From NCBI GenBank assembly GCA_043228905.1, contig JBHGNT010000217.1:1-50949 (forward strand): 50,949 nucleotides of DNA, read 5' to 3'. This stretch comes from Azolla caroliniana. Lineage: Eukaryota; Plantae; Polypodiophyta. A program made the position numbers and the translations under genes. Positions 11,735-23,430 of this stretch are shown one piece after another (position 1 is the first letter of the stretch; every line of letters starts with the position of its first letter). The notes beneath the pieces are model-generated. The model was not told where the DNA came from. It saw nothing but the letters and a program-made list of their open reading frames with translations, and did not search any database.

Positions 11735-12033
11735 TGTTGAGAATCAAGCTCAACTTGGTCTAGTGTGTGAACTCACCTTGAGAGTGAAGAGACACTCCAA
11801 CGGTCAAGAGTCACCATTATGTCACCACTTTGTATTCTAGCATTTAGTATGAGTCATAGAATCATATTCTATGACACATAACTTATGATCTTTCACATTC
11901 CCCATGCTCCATGAGGCTTGTAGTTAATGAAGAGAGAGGGTGACTACATAAAGCACCCTCCTCCCACCTTGTATAATGTTAAGTCTTTCTCCTTTGTCAA
12001 TATACTTTTACCTTGCGTATTTCTTGTCTCTCA

Positions 12034-12071
<38 letters not shown>

Positions 12072-12129
12072 CACACACATAACTCATATCTCTTCCGCTT
12101 CACAAGAATCCATCTCTTGATTCTTTACA
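11735..12129 (+). repeat. 3' LTR of Copia A (395 bp)
   Basis: Copy of 949-1319 with a 24-bp longer CA/CT microsatellite, followed by TSD AATTC. Confidence 0.95.
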
Positions 12130-12134
12130 AATTC

Positions 12135-12227
12135 CTAAAAGTATAAATGCACGAATCTGATATCCTCTGGTTGGAGGCCCCGGGGTCCTACCTGAAGTTC
12201 ACATATCCTCGTCGTATTTTCGTGACA
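12135..12227. mobile_element. Terminus of LTR D inserted in Copia C RT
   Basis: Ends ...CGTGACA at 12227 exactly where Copia C RT breaks after LKPGDGG. The paralog at ~37210-37240 continues GDGGNPPRYK. Confidence 0.65.
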
Positions 12228-14842
12228 CCGCCATCTCCCGGTTTCAACTTGTATACCCATTTATTCTGAAGTGCCTTCATTCCTCTCAGCAACTCCGTCA
12301 ACTCATATGTATGGTTCTCATGCAGGGAATCCATCTCATCCTGCATGGCACTCAACCACTTGCGGTTTTGGGTGTCTTTCTTTGCTTCTTCGAAACTTTC
12401 CAGCTCCCCTTCATTGGGCAGCAACACATGCCCTACATCTGGAAATCTTCGGGGGCTCTTCTCTCTCTGAGAAGATATCTTCTTCCTTGGTTCTCAGCTA
12501 TCAGTTCCTCTGTTTGTTCTCCATTCGAATCTGATTTGGGGTCTTGTCCGGTTCTGGTGTCCTGATCTTCTTCTTCGATCAGTTCGGCCTCTTGTCCGAC
12601 TCTGGCCATTTCTTCGAGTGTTATCTGGCTTCCGGCCGGATGAGTCCCGTCAGTTGATCCGGAGTCTGCTATCTTCTTCTTCGACTCCTAGTCGGCAATA
12701 CTCTTGTCTTCCATGAAGACTATGTCTGGACTCCGAAACACCTTCTTGTCGACCAAATCCCCCACTCGGTATCCAAACTCATCATCATTGTATCCAAGGA
12801 ATATGCATGATCGGGACTTCGGGTTCAGTTTCGCTCTCTTGTCCTTTGCTACATGCACGTAGGCGAGACAACCGAACACCTTCAAATGCCAGTAAGACAC
12901 GTCTTTACCGGCCCATACCTTTTGCGGTGAGTCTCCTTCCAAGGGTGTTGAGGGTGATCTGTTTATCACTTAGGTCATTGTCATCAGCGCCTCAACCCAG
13001 AATGTCTTGGGTAACTTTGAATGTGCTAGCATACTCCGGACTCTCTCCATTACAATCCGGTTCATCCTCTTGGACAATCCATTTAGTTCCGGTGTCTTCG
13101 GCACAGTAAATTCGAGTCGGATTCCCTTCAACTGGCAGTACTCCACGAACTGCCCCCGGTATTCTCCTCCGTTTTCCGCTCGAACCGCCTTCAGCTTCCA
13201 GCCGGTTTCCCTTTCCAGTCTCGCGTGGAAGTTCTTGAAGACGGACAATACCTGATCCTTCGTCTTCAGCGGTGAGATCCACAGTTTCCGACTGTGGTTG
13301 TCTATGAACATCACGAAGTACTACAATCCGGCATGTGACTTCGTGTCCACTTGACATACATCGGTATGCACAAGTTCCAACGGTGCATTCCGTCTCGACG
13401 GTGGTCTTGTCCGAAAAGAGGTTCGGTTTTGTTTGCTGGCCAAGCAATCGGTGCACCTCTCAAGATGCACGTCTTTCACCTCCGGAATGAGGTTGTCCTC
13501 AGCAAGCTTCCGCATCCCCATCTAGCTCATATGGCACAACCTCTTGTGCCACAGTTCTCCAACAGTGTCGGCTGCCACATTTGCTTCCCCTTGGCATAAT
13601 CGAGCATGCATCACATAGAGTGTGTTGGTTTTCCGTGCCCGAGCCACGATCAAGCTCCCCTTGCAAAACTTCATGACACCGTTCCGGATGCTACCCATGT
13701 AGCCTTCATCATCCAACCAACTGGCTGATATCAGGTTCAATCGAATCTCCAGAACGTGTCGAACATCTCTCAACACAAGTCTGCATCCAGTTGACGTCAC
13801 CAAACACACGTTTCCAATGCAGACGATTTGGCATGCTCCTTCATTTCCCATCTTCAAACATTCTTTACATATCCGAGATCTCCGGCTCTCTAAGATGAGA
13901 AGCATTTCCAATCAGGAGTTAGGTGAAACGACGCACCCGAATCAACCACCCAAACCGATTCATCGCCAACCATGTTTGCTTCATTTTGCTCACTAATGAG
14001 CAGCAACTCCTCTTCACTTGTCGCAATCGCCGAGGTGTTCTTGCTTTCCTAAATCCTTTTCGGTTGCACACCTTTGGCTCCCCCTTTTTCCTTTTGGAAA
14101 TGTCGGCAGTTCTTTTGGAAGTGCCCTGGCTTCCCACAATAGAAGCGCGTGAGCCTCCCTCTGGACTTCGACCTGATCCCCGACTTATCTCGATTCTGGG
14201 AACTTCGATTTCGGCCTCTTCCCCGAATCGTGTCACCTTCCGTGACTAAGGCCTTCCGGTTGGTATTGGACTCTCGGTCCTTCTGGTGAGCTTCTTCATT
14301 CAGCAAACTCGACTTCACCTACTCTAGGGATATGTGTTTCCCTTCCGGTCCCGCGTTGCCCAATGTGACAACCAGCGTTTCCCAACTATCCAGAAAGGAT
14401 CCTAGCAAAAACAATGCTAATACCTCATCGGCCAGAGGTACTTCTAGAGAGGTGGTTTGGTTCATTAGTCCTTGGAATGCATTGATGTGCTCCGCCATGT
14501 TGGAACCATCTTGATACCGAAGTCTCACGATTTTCCGAAATACTGAGACTCAGTTCATGGCGTTCTTGTTTTCGAACATCACGCCAATCTTCTTCCAGAT
14601 GACATCGGCTTCTGTTTCTTCACCAAAATTGTTGTATAGACTCATGTTTATAAAACACCTTATATATGTGGTCGCCTTCAAATGCAACACTTCCCAAGTC
14701 ACTGAATCAATCTTGTATGGTCTTTTATCTCCGAATTGCACCAACAGCCAGAGATCTTTGCACACGAGCATGTCTCTCATCTTCGACTTCCACACTGAGT
14801 AGTTAGAGTCGGTTAGCTTATGCCGCTAAACGATTCTTCCAT
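12228..14842 (-). pseudogene. pol: Copia C gag-pol fragments
   Basis: WKSKMRDMLVCKDLW, RLRYQDGSNMAEHINAFQGL, YCGKPGHFQKNC, LWHKRLCHMS, ELVHTDVC, TPELNG, FGCLAYVH, WLSAMQDEMDSL, KWVYKLK. Many stops and frameshifts. Confidence 0.9.
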
Positions 14843-14844
14843 CA

Positions 14845-14855
14845 CTCTGATACCA
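14845..14855 (-). other. PBS (tRNA-iMet) of Copia C
   Basis: TGGTATCAGAG on the minus strand, 2 nt after the LTR end. Confidence 0.9.
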
Positions 14856-14857
14856 CT

Positions 14858-15406
14858 TGTTACGCTCGCGATCGGCCATAACCGGTTACCGTTCGTTTAT
14901 TCGTGTGCAAGAAATAAAGCTCAAACAAAAAAACCGAAGAATAGAATAACTAAAACAGAGAACACACTGATTTTACCGTGGAAACCCAAACTGGGAAAAA
15001 CCACGTGAAGTCCACTTGCTCTGAAAACATATCACTATGATGATGAGGGGGGTACAACAAGAAACTCAGAGGAAACGACCTTGAGTTCTTCTTCGTCAAC
15101 AGACGGCGATGGAGTTGAACTCACTCACACTCTCCCTCTCTCTCACTTTTTCACAGTTACAGGGACCACTACCCCGTTCTAACTCTCTCACAATAATGAT
15201 ACACCCATAATGATTGCCCTAGATGCTTATATACTAGTACAACTTTCGGACTATTTACAAGTATAGCCCACAGAGGCTTATTTTGACTATTTACAGATAT
15301 AGTCTCCCGAGTTGGCTGTCTACACGATTTCAGTTTCTGCCTCGGCCGAGTTCCTCATCAACTCGGCTCTTCTCTCTTCCCATCCGGAGGGACCTGTTTC
15401 CCAACA
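14858..15406 (-). repeat. 5' LTR of Copia C (549 bp)
   Basis: Minus strand TGTTGGGAAA...CGTAACA, adjacent to the PBS. Homologous to 34795-35331. Confidence 0.85.
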
Positions 15407-17909
15407 ATATTAATGTTTAGACATATAGAGCGTCCACAGGAGTCACAACTTGAGGGATGATCAATTCATTGCCAATGTAGGAAGGTATTTTGCTCAAGTG
15501 CATGATCAATTGTTAAAGATGAGGACAAGACTTAGGGTTGCAATTGGCTAGCTACAGTATATTTTGTGGGTTCGAATAAAGTCAATCCTATATGGCTCAA
15601 AGATTTGGGGGTTGTAAACCTTTATATGAGTGTCTCTATAATAAAGTCCAGGTTCCTGAAAAGAAAATATTATGTTTGTAAGGAATGTTTTAGCAAGTGT
15701 GAAAAAGAAGGAGTCAGTTGATAGTTCTTGAGTAGTCCTGATAGAAATATACAATCATGTATTTTTGGGTGTACATTATCGCAAATTGTTAAGCCATTAA
15801 ACACGCTACTGGAAAGACCATTCCCATGTTTAGACTTATTAACTACATATAAGTTAAAGGTTAAATTGCAAAATGTGGATTGATCCTTAAATCTTGTTTG
15901 GATGACTCTTGACTAAGAAGAATATGACTTAACATTTTGTAAATGGAGAATTTAGAAAGTTGCTTCCAAAAGTACATATCCGTTAGTAAAAACCACTCTA
16001 CATAGTTTTCTTAATAGCCTTTTTATGCATCACTTCCCTAAAAGAGTTACCATGTTGCTTAACACACTAAGAATTTAATCGCTTTCATGTTCTCATCATT
16101 ATGAATCATGATATTGATAGATCTAAATCAAGATCTTCTTCTCGTCTTTCAAAATAAAAATCATAACGAAGACATCATCATTACCACATTCAGATTGAAA
16201 CTTAATTCCTCCTCAATGTTGCATGTTTGAATTTGAACATCATTTCACAATTTTCTAAGTCTTCTTATTTTGGCTCATATCCTTGTTTCTTCGCTCCTTG
16301 GTTCCCAACGCTTGCACCTAATCTATTTGCCTTTACTACCTAGAGCCCAAATTACCTCTAGATTTAATATGTCCTGCCTTGTTTGGCGTGGTACTTAGTA
16401 TACCTTGTGTCATGATTTTTACATGGTTCATCCATCCAATTTTCTTAACCATATGGATCAGTTTACTCAATAATATTCACAATTCCCACATGTCAAGGGA
16501 AGAAAATTAGAGTTTGTGAAACCATTCAACAAGATAATGGACATAAGAAAACTAGAAAAAGGTGTAGTGTTTGGTGGGGAAGTAACAAAGGAAGAACACC
16601 ATATGCAACTATGGATATTGTCAAAAAATATAACAAAAAAATAAGCATTCTAGTAGATACTTCTATAGCGAGAAATATTTTTTGAATTATCTCTACTAAA
16701 TTTGGAGTTGGATTTTTTATTGTGGGGCACCGTCAACAAGGTCACCAATATTTACAACATAGATAACTACAACACAAAATGCCAACAATCTTACCCATTT
16801 TGAATACTTATTTCTCAAAATTGCACCACTTCACGGAAAAATAAACATTGATGGCTCTTCTTATTGAACTTTTCGTTTGAGAAAATGCCTCTTCTTATTG
16901 AGTTTTTCGTTTGTTTCTCAGGTGTAGTGATCTTTTCATTTATGGTATATAATTATCCTCACCTAGAAAACTTGAGTAGATTGATAACTTTTAGAGGCTT
17001 AGATACGAGAACAAGACTTGCCAAAGGCTAGGATTTTTGAAAGAGATTTCGCTATTTTGAAATCTTCGCAATTGAGATTTGCCCATTTTTAAATCTTGGC
17101 CTTTTTTTATCTCATTAAATTCCTCAAATATTTCGTAGTACTGGTGAAGATAATGAACAGAGCACACATGAATGGCATGAGGAGGGTGATGAAGTACACA
17201 GTAAGATAATAATAACAATAAAGACAAGAGGAGCCCACAAAGATGTTACCCAACACTTCAAATGTATTTGGCCCACTCATCTTCAACAAATGAGCATTCT
17301 TGAACCCTTTTGGTAGTAGAGTTGTAACTTATGTGGGTAAAGTGTGGTCCCTCTAAATAGCCACATGGTTGTTCACATTACCCATGTGCCGAGTTGCTAA
17401 CATTAATAGCCATTTCATTTGAAATTGGGAGTTTCTTCCACATAATCATTCCAATCATTTCTACAGGATGTTTTTCCGTCATGAGGCCTTTTCATCCCCT
17501 TTCGCCAATCACAATTCAATGAAATTTCCCCCCAACATATAATTTCCATTTGCTTGGCACAAACATTTGCCTTTGTGTGGAGGGGTTCGTGTGGGTCGTT
17601 CTTCAATTTTTGTGATGGTACAATGTGATATATTGTCTCAATTCACAATGTTGCTCCATGAATATATCTCCAATTTTGGAGGGGAGGAATCTACAACAAT
17701 TTCCATAGACAATTTGTGCCGTAAGTTAAAATCTTTTGTATCGAAATTTAAGCATATCAACATGATCAAAAGACACAGAGACAAAAGAACACAAATTCTT
17801 GAAATCAAAGCTTTCATTGCAATTTTAAATGTACCAACACTAATCTTGAAAAAGATTACAAGATAAAGAGTTCGAGAAATACAATAAGAAATTATACAAA
17901 TTGATAAGG

Positions 17910-17911
<2 letters not shown>

Positions 17912-17963
<52 letters not shown>
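17912..17963. repeat. (GA)n microsatellite
   Basis: About 25 perfect GA units. Confidence 0.95.
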
Positions 17964-17965
<2 letters not shown>

Positions 17966-18427
17966 TTTTTGTATGTGTGCTCTTTAGACGATCTTCAACC
18001 TCTGTTTGTCTTTGAGCTGGAAGTTGAGTTCACAATCTGGCGATGTTTAGGAACAATTGTGAAGAAGTCAATTTAATAATCAAGGAATGCCATCATATCC
18101 AATAATAGGCCACACTTTACCTATGACCCTCAGAAGTGAATTGAGATTGGAGTTTTCCTGATGATATGAATTTGCCACAACATAATGTTGTTAGTGTGGC
18201 TCATAAAAATGCAATGCTATCGATCTGATCTTATCAAAGAAAGAAGTTCCAATCTTGCCAACGGAAAAAACCCTCTTTCTCAATTCACAATTAGCATCCC
18301 TCAAAACATATCTTCAATAGAGCACATACCAATATACATGTATGTATAGATGCAAATATCTTCTCAACTTCACCATTATTTAACATCTGCCCATGATTCA
18401 AGCCTTCTTTAAGATATTAATTGGAAC

Positions 18428-18464
<37 letters not shown>

Positions 18465-18467
18465 TAT
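18428..18467. repeat. (CATATA)n microsatellite downstream of RopGEF
   Basis: Tandem CATATA units. Confidence 0.8.
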
Positions 18468-18627
18468 GATATAGATATGGATGACTTCGCCATTATTTAA
18501 CATGTGTACCAATGATGGAGCCTTCATTAGGATATCCAATCTATCTACATATGTATATCATACATATATAGATAGCTTTAGATATATCTCCTGCACTTTT
18601 CACCATTTTGTATATATATGGTTCGTC

Positions 18628-21600
18628 CTAGATTTCAACATTGCTTAACAATGCCAACGACCTATCCTTCTTTACAAGCCCTATGGTTGAACCAACCTCA
18701 ACGACCGTTCCAACACTCTCGAACTCATATGCATATCCCATATCCGGGAAAGACATTTGTTGAGATGACTCATCTTCCGAATGTAGGGGAGAATTGGGAG
18801 TTCTCCGGGGGCTCGAAGAAGGGGTCGGAGAAGCACTAGGTGTCACAAGGGGGGTACCATATGGTGTGTGGACCAAAAGATTCAAGGGATACCCACGTCG
18901 CCGAGTCGATAGTATCCGAGACTTTAGAAAAGCATGTGGTGGTGAACATGGAGGCGGAGATTGCTTCACCATATCGCCCGCATAAAGCACGTCCTCGATC
19001 CGTGACGCTATGTTGAATGCCAAACTTTCCAATACCCGAGAATAGCTCTCGAGTATCGCACGCCCGACATCCTATGAACACAAAGAAAGATATACCAAAT
19101 ATTAGATCACTTGTATGTGAGATTTAGCACCCAAATTTATTTAATTCATGATAACCAAAGAAAATTACCAGCCCCAAGTGTATCCTACCTTGTTGTGTTG
19201 AATCTTGTTGATATCGAGGAGTGTCTGGCGAAGGTTTGGGAACCTCTGCTTCAAGCACAACAAGAGGTTTTCGGCCCGACCTGCGAAATAATCCCTCCGA
19301 TCTATGTCTAGCACAAAATCCTTCACAAGTCCCCAAGAACTTCTCGTGTTTTGTTGTTTGTTCTCTCTCGACGGTTTTTGATGTCTCCGACGCCGCCAGA
19401 CATGAATGGCTGCCTCAATCCGGTTTGCAATATCGACAGCTCTGTGCTCACTCGACAAATCGATCATATCCAATATAGCATCAGGATGGAACGATTCAGA
19501 CGTCAAATAACGATAAATGTCCTCTCCCAAGCTGGCCTTCCCATTCTGTCCAATTTAAAAATTAAAAGAGGGCTGAGGGTTGAAAAGTTGTAAGGCAAAT
19601 TTCGATTAGAGAGAATGATAGAATGGAACATCAAGTAGCAACATTCAGATTGAATATATCCATCAATTTCATAAAGGCAAAGTGTATTGATACATTAAGT
19701 TGTTTTCTCTTATGTTACAATTTTCAAAGGCAAAAAAACCTAATTATATCTTTGGGGCAATAGCCATCGCTTTATAAGTGTCGAAAATCAAATTAAAGGG
19801 ACTGTGTACAAAGATAATCAATCGATAACTTTAAGAGACTACCTTTGGCAATGCATCAAAATATAACTCAGGGATTTCCATTTCCGAGAGGATTTGAGTA
19901 TTGATTGCCACAGCAGCCTTAAGGATTTGGTTTATACACTCTCGTTGATGTTGCAATTGCTTTGTACAATCTTTCGATAACCCTTCATTTGGAACCTTAG
20001 GTATGGGTAACCACCATTTATCATCCCTCCAATGCGGAAGAGCCCTTTGTAGATTATGATTGTTTTCATCAGCCACCACAAGCCCCTGATCTACATACCA
20101 GAACTCAGTGCCATTGAATGTATCCAATGTTTCCTGGCACAAAAAACAAGTAGGGTTTAAATGATTGTGATCATTATACAGTGAGAAAACAAAAACAAAA
20201 CCAATATTTTTACTGTTGCAAAGGTTGTCTATATACCAGCAGCATTCCATCTAATTTTCTCAATGCAGGAAGATTGACATGAATGTCAGACCTAGGCCTT
20301 GTAACCATCACCTGAAAAAATATACAAGGGGATCAATGGAGATCAAATAGAAATATGATGCCCTACAAAAGAAAATAACTTCAAGTAATTGACTATGCCT
20401 ATCATAGAGAGAATGATGATATAAAGAGCAACATTGAGATTACTACTGTATATATCAAAAAAAAAGGAGGAGGAGCATTACCTCAACGTTACCACCATTT
20501 GGCAATGAGTGTCTGGAAGGCACAAGTTCTACAATATGATCAGCCACTGAGAGAAGCCAATTCATTTCTCTTCTCCACATTGTTTTCTTCTCTAAAGACA
20601 AGGGTTCAAGTCTCCATAGCTCTCCAAATACAGAAGCTATAAGCAAATAACACAGTGTAACCATAAGATATAAGAATGTGTTTCTTTCTTCCAAAACCCA
20701 ACAAAAATGTTTCAATAGAAAGCCTTTGATTAAAATAGAAAAGGGTTGTATTTTGTGTATGATTAAGAAGTAAAATATTGAACAAAATACAATGATTCCA
20801 ATTACCTGATAGATTAATGATAGCATTGGATATGGCTAGTGCAGAGCAAACACCTTTCCCACCACCAGACATATCTTCACCCAAAAGTAACTTCGAAAAT
20901 TTTTCCTTCATCATTTCAACCTCTACAAAATCCACAGAATTGTTATTCAGTTTGGCAAGAAAGCAGCAAAGCTGAAAGATTTCATCACCGAATCTAGTTT
21001 TTTTAAAACAAGCCACAAAATGTATAAAGAGTGGATGGACTGTCGAATGGTTTGAGTTGAAATTCTTGTATATTACTTAGTTTACAAAGGAAGCAGAGAG
21101 CTTGTGTGACCTTGCATTTTGACATTAAGTTTGGAAACTAGATTGCCATACGAGGGTTCTATTTGATCACAAACAGAGCAGATGAACCATATTTAGTTAT
21201 CATATAGAAAGAGCTCTATATGAAACATGGAGAATTAACCCAACGGAGAAAATTGACCACAGAATTGTGGAGTTGAAGGTCTGACAAAATGTCACATACA
21301 TACATATATACAATTGTGGAGTTGAAGGTCTGACAAAATGTCACATACATACATATATACAATTGTGGTGTTGAAGGTCTGACAAAATGTCACATACATA
21401 CATATATACAATTGTGGAGTTGAAGGTCTGACAAACTGTCACATACATACAGACAGACAGACAGACATACATATATACATATATAACACATGTACATTTA
21501 CATAGATACACATACATTCAGATATATACACATACATTGAAACATATATACATGCATGCATTCAGAGTTACATGATGTACATACCCGAAAGCTCGGATTT

Positions 21601-21978
21601 ATTTCTTGTCTGGCTGATTGTCTTGGAAAGAGGAGGGGGAGGGGGAGGGGGAGGAGGAAGATTAGTTCCTTGGAAGAAAAAACCCTTTTTCTTCTTGTTG
21701 TGTTTTATGTTGAGGCTAGAAGAAGACCATCTCTCGTCTTCTTCTTCTTCTTCTCCTCCTTCTCCTTCTTCTTCTTCTTCTAGACTACTACTATCTTCAT
21801 TTTCTTCTTCATCTAGTGGTGGATTCCCTCCTGGTTCATCACTTCTGAGACTTAAACTGAGAGCTTCAGAGGAGCTAAGCCCATCCATGGAGCTTCCACA
21901 GTCAAAGCTCACTTGCTCAAAATGATCTTCTGCTGCCCTTATGTCCATTACAGAGGAGTATCGAGGATCTTTCTTCAT
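18628..21978 (-). CDS. ROPGEF: Rop guanine nucleotide exchange factor (PRONE domain), 7 coding exons, 610 aa
   Basis: Exons (minus): 21978-21585, 20922-20806, 20636-20482, 20311-20237, 20133-19843, 19545-19189, 19071-18628. All introns GT-AG, phases consistent (1833 nt). PRONE motifs [97 protein letters not shown]. The start codon is less certain because the frame is open a little upstream. Confidence 0.95.
21263..21450. repeat. 49-bp minisatellite (~4 copies) in RopGEF intron 1
   Basis: AATTGTGGAGTTGAAGGTCTGACAAAATGTCACATACATACATATATAC starting at 21263, 21312, 21361, 21410. Confidence 0.95.
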
Positions 21979-22085
21979 CTCACATCTGAATTGACGAAGA
22001 TATGGAACAAACTTTGATGAATTTGGGTTCAGAGTTAGAGCTAATAGAAACAGGGGATGTGGAAGGTAATAACCTTGATGGATTT

Positions 22086-22332
22086 GGGGGGGGGGGGGGG
22101 GGGGAAGACAGGAATGTTTCCAGGGGGGGCTAAAAATACAGAGGATTGTGGAGGAAATTGAACAAAAATGAAGTGCTAAAGAAGTTGTCTTTCTGAGAGA
22201 GAGAGAGAGAGAGAGAGGTTTCTTTGTAATTTAACGGCAGTAATAAGAGAAAGAAGAGGGAGAGAGAGAGAGAGAGAGAGAGAGATGATGATGATGATGA
22301 CGATGATCAAAGCATGAGATAGATAGAGTGTA

Positions 22333-22372
<40 letters not shown>

Positions 22373-22577
22373 AGCTCCCCCCCCCCCCCCCCCGGCCCTA
22401 TGTCTTTCTCTCTCCTCAGTGTACGGCAAATGGAAAGAACAGAGGAAGCAACCTCTCTCTCTCTCTCTCTCTCTCTCTCTAGACTTCTAGACCCCTGTGT
22501 CTTTGTGTACATACTCTCTGTTTGTCTCAGCCGAAGCTCTCATTCACTGTAACTGAAACCTTCACTGTAAAAGAAAA

Positions 22578-22608
<31 letters not shown>

Positions 22609-22776
22609 TTTTGCCCGTAAATTAGTTAACTAAAAGCTTCTCTTCGCACTAGAAAAAGCAAAAAAGCACCCACATAAAACCCTAATTTATGCTCTAATAT
22701 CCTCTCTCTGTCTCTCTCTCTCTCTGTAGCATATGTATATGCCTCTGTAACTGAACCTTTTGAAATGAAACCCTAA
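22086..22776 (-). promoter_or_regulatory. RopGEF 5' UTR/promoter region with GA/CT tracts, G/C runs and telo-boxes
   Basis: G run 22086-22104, (GA)n ~22194 and ~22260, (CT)n ~22336, 22453, 22582, 22703, C run 22376-22393, AAACCCTAA at 22677 and 22768. TSS not determinable. Confidence 0.5.
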
Positions 22777-23077
22777 TATCCTTAACCCCCCCATCCCTCT
22801 CAATTCGGGCCTTTATTGATCCCCAACCTATACTACATTATTCTGTTCTATTCTATTCTATTCTATCACAAAGCTAATTATACAACAACCTAATGGAGCC
22901 AAAACAGAAACAGAACACTATCATTTTTTATATATGTATGTATGTATGTATGTATGCATGCATGTATCTATGTGTGTACATGAATACATAAAACTTTATC
23001 AAGATGCGCTTTTGATGACAATTTTTTTTTCTCACGTGGGTTGGTTAGTTGCAAAGATCTTCCCTTCTTGATGATCA

Positions 23078-23430
23078 TGTATGTATGTATGTATGTATGT
23101 ATGTATGTATGTATGTATGTATGTTGTATGTATGTATTGCTATGTATGTATGTGTGTGTATGTATGTATGTTGTATGTATGTATGTATGTGTGTGTGTGT
23201 ATGTATGTATCTATTACTATGTATGTGTGTATGTATGTATGTATGTATGTATGTATGTATGTATGTATGTATGTATGTATGTATGTGTGTGTGTGTGTAC
23301 GTATTGTTGTGTGTACATATGTATTGCTATGTGTGTATGTATGTATTGTTATGTATGTGTGTATGTATGTATTGTTATGTATGTGTGTGTGATTGTATGG
23401 TATGTATGTATGTAACTATGTGTATATATG
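23078..23430. repeat. Long degenerate (ATGT)n/(GT)n microsatellite
   Basis: About 350 bp of ATGT/GT units; source of the MYVC-repeat ORFs. Confidence 0.95.

Larger units (their letters stand above)
949..12129 (+). mobile_element. Full-length decayed Ty1/Copia LTR retrotransposon (element A), interrupted by Gypsy B
   Basis: Paired LTRs TG...CA, TSD AATTC (944-948, 12130-12134), tRNA-iMet PBS, domain order gag-PR-INT-RT-RH. Confidence 0.96.
12228..15406 (-). mobile_element. 5' half of a Tork/Tnt1-like Copia (element C)
   Basis: 5' LTR, iMet PBS, then gag-PR-INT and start of RT on the minus strand. The remainder should lie left of the window. Confidence 0.9.

Noticed and set aside
16991-17866. 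Short ORFs suggesting a decayed gene or TE
   Set aside because: No motif I can recognise; a translated search would be needed.
22647-22657. CACTAGAAAAA resembling a CACTA terminus
   Set aside because: No matching TAGTG end with 3-bp TSD or subterminal repeats was identified.
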